Source of the DNA: Prorocentrum cordatum
Lineage: Eukaryota
Reading direction: 5' to 3'
DNA length: 64,000 nt
NCBI GenBank assembly: GCA_963575745.1
Contig: CAUYUJ010000225.1
Coordinates: 868,001 to 932,000, forward strand
How positions within the stretch are numbered: position 1 is the stretch's first letter; each line of letters opens with the position of its first letter. The translations under genes were made by a program, and so were the position numbers. The notes beneath the pieces were generated by a model. The model worked only from the letters and a program-made list of their open reading frames with translations, had not been told where the DNA came from and did not search any database. Shown here piece after piece: positions 30,460-42,524 of this stretch.

Positions 30460-30905
30460 AAATTACGCAGGGTCCGCGCTCCCACTGCCGCGATCCCTCG
30501 TACATTACATTGAGGTCGCGCTCCCAGGGCCCCGACCCCTTGTAAATTACGCTGCGTCCGCGCTCCCAGGGCCACGATCCCTCGTAAATTACATTGAGGT
30601 CGCGCTCCCAGGGCCCCGACCCCTTGTAAATTACGCTGCGTCCGCGCTCCCAGGGCCACGACCCCTCGTAAATTACACTGCGTCCGAGCCCCCAGGGCCC
30701 CGATCCATTGTATTTTACGCTGCGCCCGCGCTCCAAGGGCTACGATCCATAGAAAATTACATTGCGTCCGAGCCCCAAGGCCCCGACCCCTCGTAAATTA
30801 CGCTGCGCCCGCGCTCAGAGGGCCACGATCCCTTGCAAATTACGCGTGGTCCGCGCTCCACGCCACGATCTCCCGTAGATTACGCCGCGTCTGCGCTCCC
30901 AGGGC
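30460..30905. repeat. 42-bp minisatellite (S42b)
   Basis: Unit gtaaattacgctgcgtccgcgctcccagggccacgatccctc, e.g. at 30542 and 30584. Confidence 0.85.
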
Positions 30906-31371
30906 CTCCTGGGGCATGCTGGGGCGCCCAGGTCTTTCAAGTTTTGCAAAACAAGCGTTTCGCTCGAGACATCCTAGATTTTTTGGCGCGGGGGGCGCAT
31001 CATCCTCGAGCGGGCACGCAAAATTTCACCTGGATTTTTATTAAAGAAAACGGGGGCCCGCGGACCCTGTCATTTACCGAGGATCCGAGATGGGGGGTCG
31101 ACTTCTCTCGAGCGGGCACGCACGAAACGCACTTTCCGCGCCGAATTCGACTTCACTTACTTTTAAATCGAGGACAACGGGGGTCTGCGGACCCCGTTAT
31201 GTATTAAGGATCCGAGGTGGGGGGTCGACTTTCCTCGAGCGGGCACGCGCGAAACGCATCCTTTGCATGCCGAATTGGACTTGATCGCGTTTCCTATCGA
31301 GCGGAACTCCGCCGGCCTCCCTCAAGTCAAAACCGAAGGTAAACCAACTGGGCTGGAGCCCTGGGCCGGAG

Positions 31372-31392
31372 CCCTAAACCCTAAACCCTAAA
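31372..31392 (-). repeat. Interstitial telomere-type repeat (TTTAGGG)x3
   Basis: ccctaaa x3 on the plus strand; TTTAGGG is the established dinoflagellate/plant telomere repeat. Confidence 0.8.
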
Positions 31393-32094
31393 TCTCTATA
31401 ATCTCTATTATTAATAAACCCTAAATGCTGCAAAACCGGCCGCTATGCAAACCGGCCTCCATCCTATGCAAAAAACACCATTTCCTGATCATGCGCTCTG
31501 AAAACGATGTTTTTTACAATGGATCGTGACCGGGTCTATCCGCGGGCCCGGCTGATCCCTGTCAAAAAACAGTATATCCTGATCATGCGCATCGAATTTA
31601 TCAGAATCCTATGTTTTTTCATACGTTTCGTGCCCAACCCGGGTCGCGGGCCGGGATGCGTACCGGAGTTTTATATGGGAAAAAACACTATAAACTCAAA
31701 TCCTGCTCTTGCAAGATGTGTCCATGCTCATATTCCATTGCAAAAAATACGACAAAGTGCACACGCGCGCGGCGGCCCCGTATGCGTACCGGAGTTTTAT
31801 ATTGTAAAACATATTATAAACTGAAGATTCTGTTTTTGCAAGATGTGTGCATGGTACTATTCCATTGCGAAAAATACGACAAAGTGCACAAGCGCGCGGC
31901 GGCCGCGCGATCATGGCCAACTCCTTTGGAAATTGTGATGTTTTCTTTCAGCAGTGGTGCTATGCGACAGCCACGCTAGAGGCTGCGGTTATCCAGATGT
32001 TGTGGAACTCGCCTTTGTGCTAATCTATGTTATGCTGGCATAGCATACGAGAGGCGTTGCATAGCAAAGCGCGTTGAGGTCGGGCGAACCCTAG

Positions 32095-32550
32095 AGTCCG
32101 CCCGACCCGAACCGACCCGCTTGTTAGGGTTCACGCGTGTCAAGTGCATACGCACCATACTTTAATGTCCCGCCCGCCCGACCCGACCCGCCCGTTAGGG
32201 TCCGCCCGACCCGACCCGACCGCCCCGTTAGGGTCCGCCCACCCGACCCGATCCGACCCGCCCGTCAGGGTTCACGCGTGTCAAGTGCACACGCACCATA
32301 CTTTAATGCCCCGCCCGCCCGACCCGACCCGCCCGCTAGGGTCCGCCCGACCCGACCCGACCCGCCCGTTAGGGTCCGCCCGCCCGACCCGACCCGCTTG
32401 TTAGGGTTCACGCGTGTCAAGTGTACACGCACCATACTTGAATGTCCCGCCCTCCCGACCCAACCCGCCCGTTAGGGTCCGCCCGACCTGACCCGACCCG
32501 CCCGTTAGGGTCCGCCCGCCCGACCCGACCCGACCCGCCCGTTAGGGTCT
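32095..32550. repeat. cccga/TTAGGG-containing minisatellite
   Basis: Units cccgacccgacccgcccgttagggtccg within three larger repeats containing gttcacgcgtgtcaagtg. Confidence 0.85.
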
Positions 32551-32749
32551 CCGCGCGCGCGCGCGGCCGCCGCCTCTTTGCTAAGCGCTTGCTCCCAGGC
32601 TTGCTATGGTATGCTATGCTATGCTACAACCACGGTATAACATGAGAGGAGAGATGATCTTTATGTGGGGGTGGAGATGCGGGGGGGATTGATAGCCACC
32701 GCAGGTGAATGCCTATGCAGGTAGGTATTCCTGGCCTTGCCCTGTTAGA

Positions 32750-32784
32750 CCCTAAACCCTAAACCCTAAACCCTAAACCCTAAA
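32750..32784 (-). repeat. Interstitial telomere-type repeat (TTTAGGG)x5
   Basis: ccctaaa x5 on the plus strand. Confidence 0.9.
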
Positions 32785-33039
32785 GAGAACCCTGGGCCGG
32801 AGCCCTCTCCGGGAAAAAACCCACACCTCGCATCCATCGTCACACCATTTACACATTACCCATGGCACACACACACACATCCCGTTGTGTTCGATGTGGC
32901 TTCGCAGGACGGGCACCGTTCGAGCACCGGGTCACGCGCTCGAACGCGATGCCAACCCTCGGCGTCGGTCAGAGCTGTCCGTCGTCTGCCAGTGCTCTGT
33001 GGGAAGTCTGTCAAGGGTCGGTCTGTGGGCTGTCAGGCG

Positions 33040-33660
33040 GCTGTCAGTAATCCGTCAGTGGTCTGTCAGTGGTCTGTCAGTGATCTGTCAGAGGACTGTC
33101 AGTGGTCTGGAAGTGGTTTGCCAACGGTCTGTCAGTGTCTGTCAGTGTCTGTCAGTGGTCTGTCAGTGGTCTGTCAGTGGGACGGGTCGAAGTACGTTGT
33201 GGTCCCACGCATGCCTCGTACTTTGACCCCCCCCCTGACAGACACTGACAGACACTGAAAGACACTGACAGACACTGACAGACACTGACAGACCACTGAC
33301 AGACCACTGACAGGTCACGGCCAGACCACGGCCAAACCACGGACAGGCCACTTACAGACCACTGACAGACCACTGACAGGCAACTGACAGACCACTCACA
33401 GACCACTCACAGACCACTCACAGGCTTCGGACAGACAGTGACAGACAACTGACAGCCCACTGACCGACCGCTGACAGACCGCTGAGAGACCACTGACAGA
33501 CCACCGACAGGCCACGGATAGGCCACTGACAGTCCACTGACAGTTCACTGCCAGTTCACTGCCAGCTCGCTGACAGGCCACTGACAGACCACTGACAGCT
33601 CACTGACGGACCACTGACAGCCCGCTGACAGCTAGGCCACTGACAGGCCACTGACAGCAT
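33040..33660. repeat. 10-11-bp minisatellite in two inverted arms (foldback-like)
   Basis: (ggtctgtcagt)n at ~33040-33180, ~55-bp spacer, then (actgacagacc)n at ~33235-33660. Confidence 0.85.
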
Positions 33661-34442
33661 CTCGCAGCCACCCGCGATGGGCGGGGGGGGAGGCGAGGGG
33701 GAGGCGAGGGGGAGGCGAGGGGGCACGTCGGAGACGCTCGGAGGGGCCCAAGTCGACCCCCACGATTGGCCTAATAACATACAGCGTTCTACGCTCTGGT
33801 CCCACCCCAGGGCAAGGGATAGGCAAGGACTCGCCGCCCAAAAGAGATGGCATCGTTCGTGTGGGAAACGGTCGGTGCACCTCGTCACCGCGAAGGCCCT
33901 TCCCTACCATCATCCCCGCCCAATCGACTGGCATGTGCAATTGGGTTGGTATCCCAGGGCGAACGGGCACAAAGGCTCCATGGGACTCATGACCCACATG
34001 GCCCCGCCTCTCAACCAAATGTACAATGCCCGTGCCTGAAAGTATCAAGCGCGGAGCATGGCACCAGTGTCACGGGCGGAGCTGAACGACACGACTCCTG
34101 GCAAGGTGCCGAGGAGCAGAAACACGAGCGCAAGCAGCCAGCATGATTGTCACTGGTCGTAACGCCGTTCGTTTAACGAGCAGTTGACTGTAACAGTGTC
34201 TCCGCGGCGCAGGGCCGAGCACCAGGATACGGCACCCAGCAGAGCAATAAAACTGTACCCCGCCGCGGGGTGGAGGGGGAGGGGAGGAGGAAGGAGGAGG
34301 AGGGAGGAAAAGGAGGAGGAGGAGGAGGAGAAGGCGGGCATGTACTCGAGGAGCGACATAAGCAAAGCAACTATACGGAGCGATTTAAATATGATCGTAG
34401 CACATGAATGAGTGAATCTAAATATTTTCGGCACCACAACTT

Positions 34443-36459
34443 TCATCCGTCGTCGGTCCTCGCCCGCGACACGCAGGTGTCCAGGATGGTTTCCAGGCCG
34501 CGCCGCAGGAACGTGCTGCCCTGCGAGTGCGTGCCGAAGTAGCCAGAGCGCGCCGGCAGCGGGCGCGGGACGGGCGTGCAGGCGCGCGCCGCGGCCTCGC
34601 TGGCGGCCAGGAGCGCATGCGTTCGGCGCTCAGCCACCTCGCTGCTCACCCTCAGGATGTAGCCGCGCAGCTCCATGAGGCGCAGGACGGCCGAGCTGAG
34701 CGTGCCCAGGCTGCAGTACTGCGCGAAAAGGTGTTGGTGCCAAGTCCGAAGGGGGCAAGTCTCGTCCTCGACCCAGCAATGCGCCAGGAAGATGAGGGTA
34801 ACTAAAACGTTACCTATCTCGTTCGAAGTCATGTTGGGCCCTGTGGCCGCGTACGTGTCTGGGAAATCCGCCACCGTGACGTGTGCATGTTGAGGCGTGG
34901 AAGAATGCCAAGGGCTGTCTGGTAGGGCTCCTGTATCCTGATACGGGACGCCCCTCTCCTACTAGCATCTCTTTGCATGCACCGTCCCCCCTCCCGAGGC
35001 AACGATCCCTCGCACAAATAATTCCGCGCTCCCGCGGCCACGATCCCTGTCAAAAACGATGAACCCGCGTCCCGAGCTTCCAAGACGTCCCATGCAGGCA
35101 ACCAGCGACACCAAGATGGCCCCAGATTCCTCGAAGACGGCTGAATATGGCTTCAAGACAAGACGGCCCAAGATGCCTCCAAGAGGTCCCAAACGGGCTA
35201 CAAAAGAGGACCTCCAACATGATCCTCAGAAACTAAAAAATGATGTCGCTTTGGTGTTTGAATGATTTTCGCATTGTCGCATGTTCGGGCTTCCGCCAGC
35301 TCAAGACAGCCCAATACGGCCCAAGAGACCCCCAAGATGGCCCAAAAGTACTCACGATGGCCCAAGAGGCATCCAAGACGGCCCCAAGAGGGCCTCCCGT
35401 GGGACACCAAGACGGCCTTAGAAGGTCTTTCGACGGCCCAAGACAGCCTCACGACGGCCCCCAGGCACCCACCATACTGCCAAGAGGGCCCCAAGACTGC
35501 CCAAGAGAACCCCAAGACGGCGTAAGGCGGCTCCAAGACGGCCCAAGAGGACCCGAAGGGACTCCCAAGACGGCCGCACAGGAGGCCAAGACAGCCCCAA
35601 GACGTCCCAAATGAGTTCCATGAGAGCGCCTCAAATAGTGAAGACGTAAGGTGTCAAGTGTGACGGCGTTCCTCCTCTTCCCCCTGCTCCTGCTCCTCCT
35701 CCTCCTCCTCATCATCATCATAATCCTCGTAACCATCCTGATCATCATCATCATCAGCATCATCATCATGATCAGCATCATCATCATTATTATAATCATG
35801 GTCATCATCATCAGCAGCAGCATGATCATCATCAGCAGCATCATCACCATCATCATAATCACAATCATACTCACAATCATCAACACCATCATTAACATCA
35901 TCATCAGCATCATCATAATCATCAACATCCTCATCAGCACCACCATCATCATCAGCATCATCAGCATCGTCAGCATCATCATCATCAGTATCAGCATCAT
36001 CACCAGCATCATCGCCATGATCATCATCATCATCAGCAGCACCATCATCATCATCCTCGTCGTCATCATCATCCTCCTCGCCACAATCATCATCATCATC
36101 ATCGTCGTCATCATCCTCTGCATATCAAATTCATCATCATCACCATCATCAGCATCACCATCGTCGTCATCACCATCACCATCACCATCACCGTCACCAT
36201 CAACATATTCATAAACCTTACTCACCAGTGCCATCATCACGATCATCAGCAGCATCAACATCACCATCACCATCACCATCATCATCATCACCGCAATCAT
36301 AATCATCATCATAATCATCATCATCATCATCATCATCATCACAATAACCACAATCATCATCACCATCACCACAAGCATCAGCATCATCATCAGCATCATC
36401 ACGATCATCATCAGCATCATCATCATCATATTCATCTTCATCATCACCATCACCATCAC

Positions 36460-36510
<51 letters not shown>

Positions 36511-37256
36511 TATCATCAGCATCATCATCATCATCAACAACAACATCATGACGGCTCTCTCCTCCGACGAGTGACAACCCCAAATGCTGGGCTGCGACGG
36601 CAGCGGCATTGCCGCAGGCAGCTGGATAAATACTGGCGTGCGCGAGCATCAGGCAAATGTCCTCTTCAGAGTACTGGCAGGAACGCAGAAAACGCAGCGT
36701 GCGCAGCAGCAGCATCACGGACTCGCCCGACGCGTCGGCTGCCTTCGCCAACACCAGGAAGCAGTCCACCACGCCTGCGTCCTTGAGAAGCAACGATACG
36801 GGGGGACTGGCTCAGGAGGGGGGGGACATCGACCTGGAATCTGCGACACAATCGCCGATTGATCGGCGATCGGCCTCCGCTGGCGAATCCGCACGTTCCA
36901 GGGCGGGGTGGGGCTCTCAGACCCCTCTCGGCAATCCATGGGCGACGGGAGGTCGATGCCTTCCCCCCTGAGCCTGTCCCTCCCCGATCGTTGCCCCTGA
37001 AGTCCTGGGCCCGGCACGCGCGCCTGCTGCCGTTGGCGCGGCGTCCCGGCGCGAGGCTGCTCCGCAGCCCGCCCTGCGCCGCGCCGCCGCGCTCCGCGCC
37101 CAGCAGGCTGCTGCGGGCGGACAGCGAGCTGCCGGCGGGGCTGGGGACGCTGCGGCTGCAGGTGCCCACCGTGTTCGGCTCGGTGCTGAGGGTGATGACC
37201 GTGGAGCCGCCCTCGTCGGCTGCACGCAAGAGTGACCCGACTAGCCTCGACGACAT
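34443..37256 (-). CDS. Putative cyclin-like protein, three exons (37256-37005, 36781-36626, 34865-34443), ~276 aa
   Basis: Joined in frame it reads MSSRLVG...CRAQ|DAGVVDCFLVL...CQYSEEDICLMLAHASIY|FPDTY...EIGNVLVTLIFLAHCWVEDETCPLRTWHQHLFAQYCSLGTLSSAVLRLMELRGYILRVS...*. The LAHxxxxDxxxxxxxW and LxxxxLxLxxLxxYxLxVS spacing resembles the Pho80/cyclin-P-type cyclin box (inference, no search run). Intron 2 has non-canonical ends, so the copy may be a pseudogene. Confidence 0.65.
34866..36625 (-). other. Predicted intron 2 or insertion in the cyclin-like gene (1760 nt, non-canonical ends, AT duplication)
   Basis: Minus strand ATT T-AT [CCAGCTGCC...GGTGGCGG] AT-TTC CCA GAC. Removing the bracket plus one AT gives I-Y-F-P-D in frame. 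Contains CCAAGA repeats and a long (CAT)n at ~35710-36550. Confidence 0.55.
36782..37004 (-). mobile_element. Predicted intron 1 of the cyclin-like gene: GA-AG intron formed by a ~221-bp TIR element (introner-like)
   Basis: Minus strand CAG|GA CTTCAGGGGCAACGATC...GTATCGTTGCTTCTCAAG|GAC, with ~53-bp imperfect TIRs and a GA duplication; splicing keeps the frame (AQ|DAG). Confidence 0.8.
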
Positions 37257-37497
37257 GAACCTCAAAAGTGCGCTGCGCCATGTGTTAGTACTGCATATTT
37301 GATGTTCTGAGTACGGGTGGCCCTGCGTGCGAAATATTTACTGGCGCCCACGCTCCAACGTCGGTCGTCGCGGAACTTCGTAGTAGCGCTGGGCCACACA
37401 GCGTTTCGCCCTGCTCCGACATTGACGGGGGCGACCTTGAATGGGCGAAAGGGGGCGACATTGAAGTGGCGCGTCAACCACCTTTGAGATTAATTAT

Positions 37498-37675
37498 GTC
37501 GAGGGTTGTAGGCAAGAGTGACCATCGATGCGCGGCTTTGGGGGGTCGCAAGGTGGCCAAACCCAAGCACCCAGGCTACTGCAAATTATCGCCTCGCATT
37601 CAACGATCGGGGGACCCCAATCGGCCCGCACCAAAGATCACTCTGGCGAAGGGCCACCCTTACGGGTAGTCGACC
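37498..37675. mobile_element. Degenerate ~175-bp MITE-like element (paralogue of 55031-55199)
   Basis: Shares aagagtgacc..tgcgcggcttt..ggccaaacc..gggaccc..cccgcaccaaa..tcactc..gcgaa.gg.cac.cttacg..agtcga with the 55-kb copy. Confidence 0.6.
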
Positions 37676-38089
37676 TCGGCGCTGGGGGGCACGTCCGCAA
37701 GCCTGTAGGCCATCGCCTTCGGGGTGACGCTCCTCAGCCTTGGCCCCCGCGGACGGGGAGCTGCGGCGACGCCTGGTCGAGCATGCCGAAGGTGTCCGTC
37801 CTCGACGGCCCTGGCATCTGCTGCGGCCAGATGGCCGGCAGCGACGAGCCGCCTGTCACGGGACTTTTCCGCGTCCCCAGGCCCCCAACGTCGTGCTTCT
37901 TTTCATGACGTGGACCCTCAGCGGCCTGGACCCATTTCCCAGGACCAGTTGATCATCCCGAGTCGTTTCTTGATGGTCCCGAGGGCTGGCAAAGGCTCCC
38001 AAAGGTCGAAAATAGCCCAAAACCAGAATGTCATGGTTTGTGCATGACCTGGGGGGGTCTGGGTCTTCGCCCCTGAGATCCGACGTTGC

Positions 38090-38640
38090 GAAACATTATT
38101 CACCCACGAATCCAGACAGTAATTTAGAAACGCAAGGCATGGCTACGATTTCAAGACACCTGGTTGGGCGACAGGCAATTGCAATGCTCAAGGTATCGAT
38201 CGTAATGTACCGGGCCAAGGGTTGTGCTGTGCTGTGCCGTGCTATACTGAGATATGTTATGCCGCTATTGTGCTCTATAGTGTTGATCAAGTCTCCCGTG
38301 GCATCCGACTCCTGACCAAACTGATCTAGATCCCAAGCTTGAGCTGCCTGAGCGCATAGCTGGCCCAGAGCTGGCTGCAGTCGATACCGGTGGAAGCTCA
38401 ATCAGCTCGAGCTCAAGATCCGACTGAGCTCTGAGGAGGGACGAGACAACACGGAGCGCAAGGCGCATAGACGCGCCACGGAATGTGCCAGGAGCGCATT
38501 GGAGATGCGCCAGGGGACGTGCCAGGGGACGTGGCAAGGGACGCGCCACGGAACGGGCAGGGAAAGCGCCAGGGGACAAGCCAGGGAACGCGACAGAGGA
38601 CGAGCCAAGGGACGCGCCGAGGGGGAAGGGGCATACAGCG
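38090..38640. mobile_element. Old, diverged HINE-like copy
   Basis: aacattattcacccacgaatccag resembles the left end; a degraded internal unit follows. Confidence 0.55.
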
Positions 38641-38659
38641 TCCCGTTCTGGGTCGTTAA

Positions 38660-39810
38660 AACCATATGTTTTCACGCTTGTCCTGCTCTGGGGCGTGAGG
38701 AACCCATGTGTTTTCATGCTTCTCCCGCTCTGGGGCGTTGGGAACCATGTGTTATCACGCTTATCCCGCACTGGGGCGTTAGGAACACACGTGGGGTCAC
38801 CCTTGTCCCGCCGGGAGAAATTGGGAACACACGTGTGTTCACGCTTGTCCCGCCCTGGGGCGTTAGGGACCCAAGTGTTTTCGCGCCTGTCCCGCTCTGG
38901 GGCGTTAGGAACCCACGTGTTGTCACTCTTGTCCCGCTCTGGAGCGTTGGGAACCCATGTGCTTTTAGCTTGTCCCGCTCTGAAGCGTTAGGAATCATGT
39001 GTGTTCACGCTTGCCCCGCACTGGGAAATTAGGAACCCACGTGCTATCACGCTTGTGCCGCTCTGGGGCGTTGGGAACGATGTGTTTTCACGCTTGTCCC
39101 GCTCTGGGGCGTAGCAAGCCATATGTTTTCTCGCTTGTCCCGCTCTGGGGCGTTAGGAACCCACTTGCTTTCACGCTTGTCCCCATGTGTATTCCCGCTT
39201 GTCCCGCTCCGGGGCGTTAGGAACCCAAATGTTTTCACGCTTGCCCGCCTTGGGGCGCTAGAAATCTACGTCCTTAACTATTGTCCCGCTCTTGAGCGTG
39301 AGGAACCCGCGTGTTTTCACACTTGCCCCGCTCTGGGGCGTTGGGAACCATGTGTTTTCACGGTTGTCCCGCTCTGGGGCGCTGGGAGCAATGTGTTTTC
39401 ACGGTTGTCCCGCTCTGGGGCGCTAGGGACCAACATGTTTTCAAGCTTGTCCCGCTCTGGGGCGTTAGGAACCTACGTGTTGTCACGCTTGTCCCGCTCT
39501 GGGGCGCTAGGAACCTACATGTTTTCACGCTTGCCCCGCTCTGAAGCGTTAGGAACCCATCTGTTGTCACGCTTGTCCCGCTCTGAGGCGTTAGGAACTA
39601 CGGTGTGGGCATTGGATAAGGAACCCCTAGATGAGGAATCGAGGGTCTTGAAGCCAGTGGAACCCAAATCGTGGATCGGCCGTGGACATCACAGCCGCCC
39701 TCATTGGACAAGGAATCCTCTAGGGTCTGGCGCCTCCTGGGACAGTTCCTTAACAAACGCCTCCACCGTATGTGTTTTCACGCCTGTCCCGCTCTTGGGC
39801 GTGAGGAACC
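38660..39810. repeat. ~42-bp minisatellite (S42c)
   Basis: Unit gttttcacgcttgtcccgctctggggcgttaggaacccatgt repeated more than 20 times at 41-42-nt spacing. Confidence 0.9.
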
Positions 39811-40329
39811 TATGAAGGGGAACTGGGACACACAAATAAATATACACAAGTAAACATTACCCCCACCCATATTTTCCCATATTTTCTGGGTTTCTGTCTT
39901 CCCCCCCACTTCCCATATTTTCCCATATTTTCTGGGGGATCGACGATTAATTGTGTCTGTGTGCTTTTTCCTCTCCTTGACCTATGTGCTTCCGCGCGCT
40001 TCTGCACTCCCAAGGCTACCTGGGCATCCGGGGGTGCCGAAGCCCCTCCAGTTCTTTGCAGAACTAGCGTTTCGCTCGAGCCATCCTCTCGCCGTCTTCG
40101 CGCAGGACGCGCCGTCCTCGAGCCGGCATACAACGAATCAACATCTGCCGATGTTCTACAAATTTGTGGAGCCTCCAGACCTCGCCATTCACTGAGGACT
40201 CGGCGCGAAACGCCGTGCTCCCTTCTGTTCCGAAGGAAAACGAGAGGTCTGCGGACCCCGTTATGAATCGAGGATCCGAGATGGGATGCGCAATTTCCCA
40301 GGGCGACCGCAACCTGGAACCGCTCTTGC

Positions 40330-40720
40330 TGCTGAACCGATATGCCGATACATCGGTTTACGTCGCGCTGGTTTGTGCGAGCCGATATGCCAATAAACCC
40401 AAATCGGATACTGGCGTGAGGAACACGATACGCCGATACACCGATCCAATATACCGGCCCCGTGGAACTGATATGCCGACATGCCGATATGGCTATCGCT
40501 GCGGGCGCCCCGCAGCTTCGGCATATCGGCCTGTCGGCGTATCGGCTCGGTAGGCCGAATTCCTGGATCGGTGCATCGGCATATCGACATGGGAGAACCG
40601 AAAACATAAATCGGCCTATCGGCGTATCCGATTGCCCGAGCCGAATTCCTGGAACGGTGTATCGGCATATCGGATCAACAACGCCGATTCGCTACATCGG
40701 CATATCGGCGTATCGGCCCG
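40330..40720. repeat. CCGATATG / CATATCGG short-motif repeat in both orientations (related tract 53640-54365)
   Basis: ccgatatgccgata units followed by tatcggcatatcgg units. Confidence 0.7.
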
Positions 40721-42331
40721 GGCGCGACGATCGGTTTCGCATCTGTGAGGGGCCCTGTGGAAAGGGCCCCGACGCGTTTGTGGAACGAGCCCTGGGATTG
40801 CGTGCAGGAGTTCTGGGGTCGCGGGCCTCGACGACGGCCCAGAAGCCAGGCTCGTGGGCGCAGATTCTTCTCAGGATGCCACAGGAGGCTCCAACAGGCT
40901 CCAGGAGGCCCCAGGAGACCACATGAGGTCCCAGGAGGCATCAGGAGGCCACAGAAAGATTCAAGAGGCCACAGGATGTCCCAAGAGGCTCCAGGAGGCC
41001 CCAGGAAGCTCCAGAAGGCCTCCGGAAACCACAGGTGGCCCCAGGAGGCAACAGGAAGTGCCAGGAGGCCTCGGAAGGCAACAGGAGGCCCCGAGAGGCC
41101 CCAGGAGCAGGAGGCCTCAGAAGGCAACAGGAGTGGCTCCAATCCCATGTGTTTTACGTATGCTCCTATCGATTGGGCCTCACCTGGAGCACGATTCTTT
41201 GATGTTCTACGTATGTTTCTATATATTGTCCTTCTCCTGTGTAAGCAATCCTACTTGTTTTACTTTTGTTCCTATATATTGGGCCTCTCCTGGGGCACGA
41301 GTCCTTGGTGTTTTACGTGTGTTCCTGTAGACCCATATACAATATTACCTTTAAAAAAGGATGCACATATGGGGAGCTCCACGCAGTGAGTAATTCTGAA
41401 AATGTTGAATTTCTGCTTCCGGCGCCCGGGAGGCCTCCCGGGCCGATTCCGACGCCCCAGGCCGGCGCCCGAGCTGGCGCCCGGGCCAGACGCCCGAGCC
41501 GGCGCCCAGGCCAGAGCCCGGGCCGGGTCCGGAGCCGGTTCCGGCTGGCGCCGGAAAATCGAGTTCCGAGGCGGCGCCGAAGAAAGGCCATTCCAGTACA
41601 AATTTTTGTTCTGAAAATGCTGAATTTCTGCTTCTGGCGCCCAGGAGTTAGGTTTTCGCCGGCAATTTTTCCCAAAATGCTGCTCTCGCTGCAGCGCCGG
41701 CCTCATTTTCGGGCCCCGCTCGTTCCAAATCGTGCTCTCGCTGCAGCGCTGGCCTCATTTCCGTGCTTCCGCTCGTTCCGAATCGTGCTCCCGCTGCAGC
41801 GCTGGCCTCATTTCCGCGCTTCCGCTCGTTTCGACTCGTGCTCCCGCTGCAGCGCTGGCGTCATTTCCCGTGCCATGCCACGGCATGCAATGCAATGCTA
41901 GGTTGATACTACGCTTCGCGGTGCTCTTCTACGCCATGCCCCATGCCATGCCGTGCTCTACAATGCATCGCGTACCCTTTCGGGATCATCGCCCTGCTTG
42001 ACATCCGACTGTGCGAGTAGAGAGGGAATCTGCGCCATGGTAAGGGATGGGAGCGAGGGGTAGGATGTCAGATATGACGCGAGCGCACCTAGCTTGTCCT
42101 CCTCCCCCTTCCACTCTTCCTCCTCCCTCCTCCTCCTCCTCCTTCTCCTCCTCTTACTCCTCCTCCTCCTCCTCCTCCTCCACCTCCTCCTCCTCCTCCT
42201 CTTCCTCCTCCTCCTCCTCCTCCTCCTCCTCCTCCTCCTCCTCCATCCCTCCCCTCCTCCTCCTCCTCTCCTCCACCTCCTCTCCTCCTCCGTCCTCCTC
42301 CTCCTCCTCATCTCCTCCTCCTCCTCCGCCG

Positions 42332-42424
<93 letters not shown>

Positions 42425-42524
42425 NNNNNNNNNNNNNNNNNNNNNNNNNNNNNNNNNNNNNNNNNNNNNNNNNNNNNNNNNNNNNNNNNNNNNNNNNNNN
42501 NNNNNNNNNNNNNNNNNNNNNNNN
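42425..42524. other. Assembly gap (100 N) between (CAT)n and (CCT)n microsatellites
   Basis: Run of N; contiguity across it is not shown by the sequence. Confidence 1.

Noticed and set aside
37430..37500. Possible relict SL upstream of the cyclin-like gene (ccttgaatgg, ctttgagattaattatg)
   Set aside because: Too few matches to cttgagccaaaatgg to exceed chance.
38660..39810. Regular 42-bp array as CRISPR
   Set aside because: The whole unit repeats with scattered substitutions and there are no spacers.
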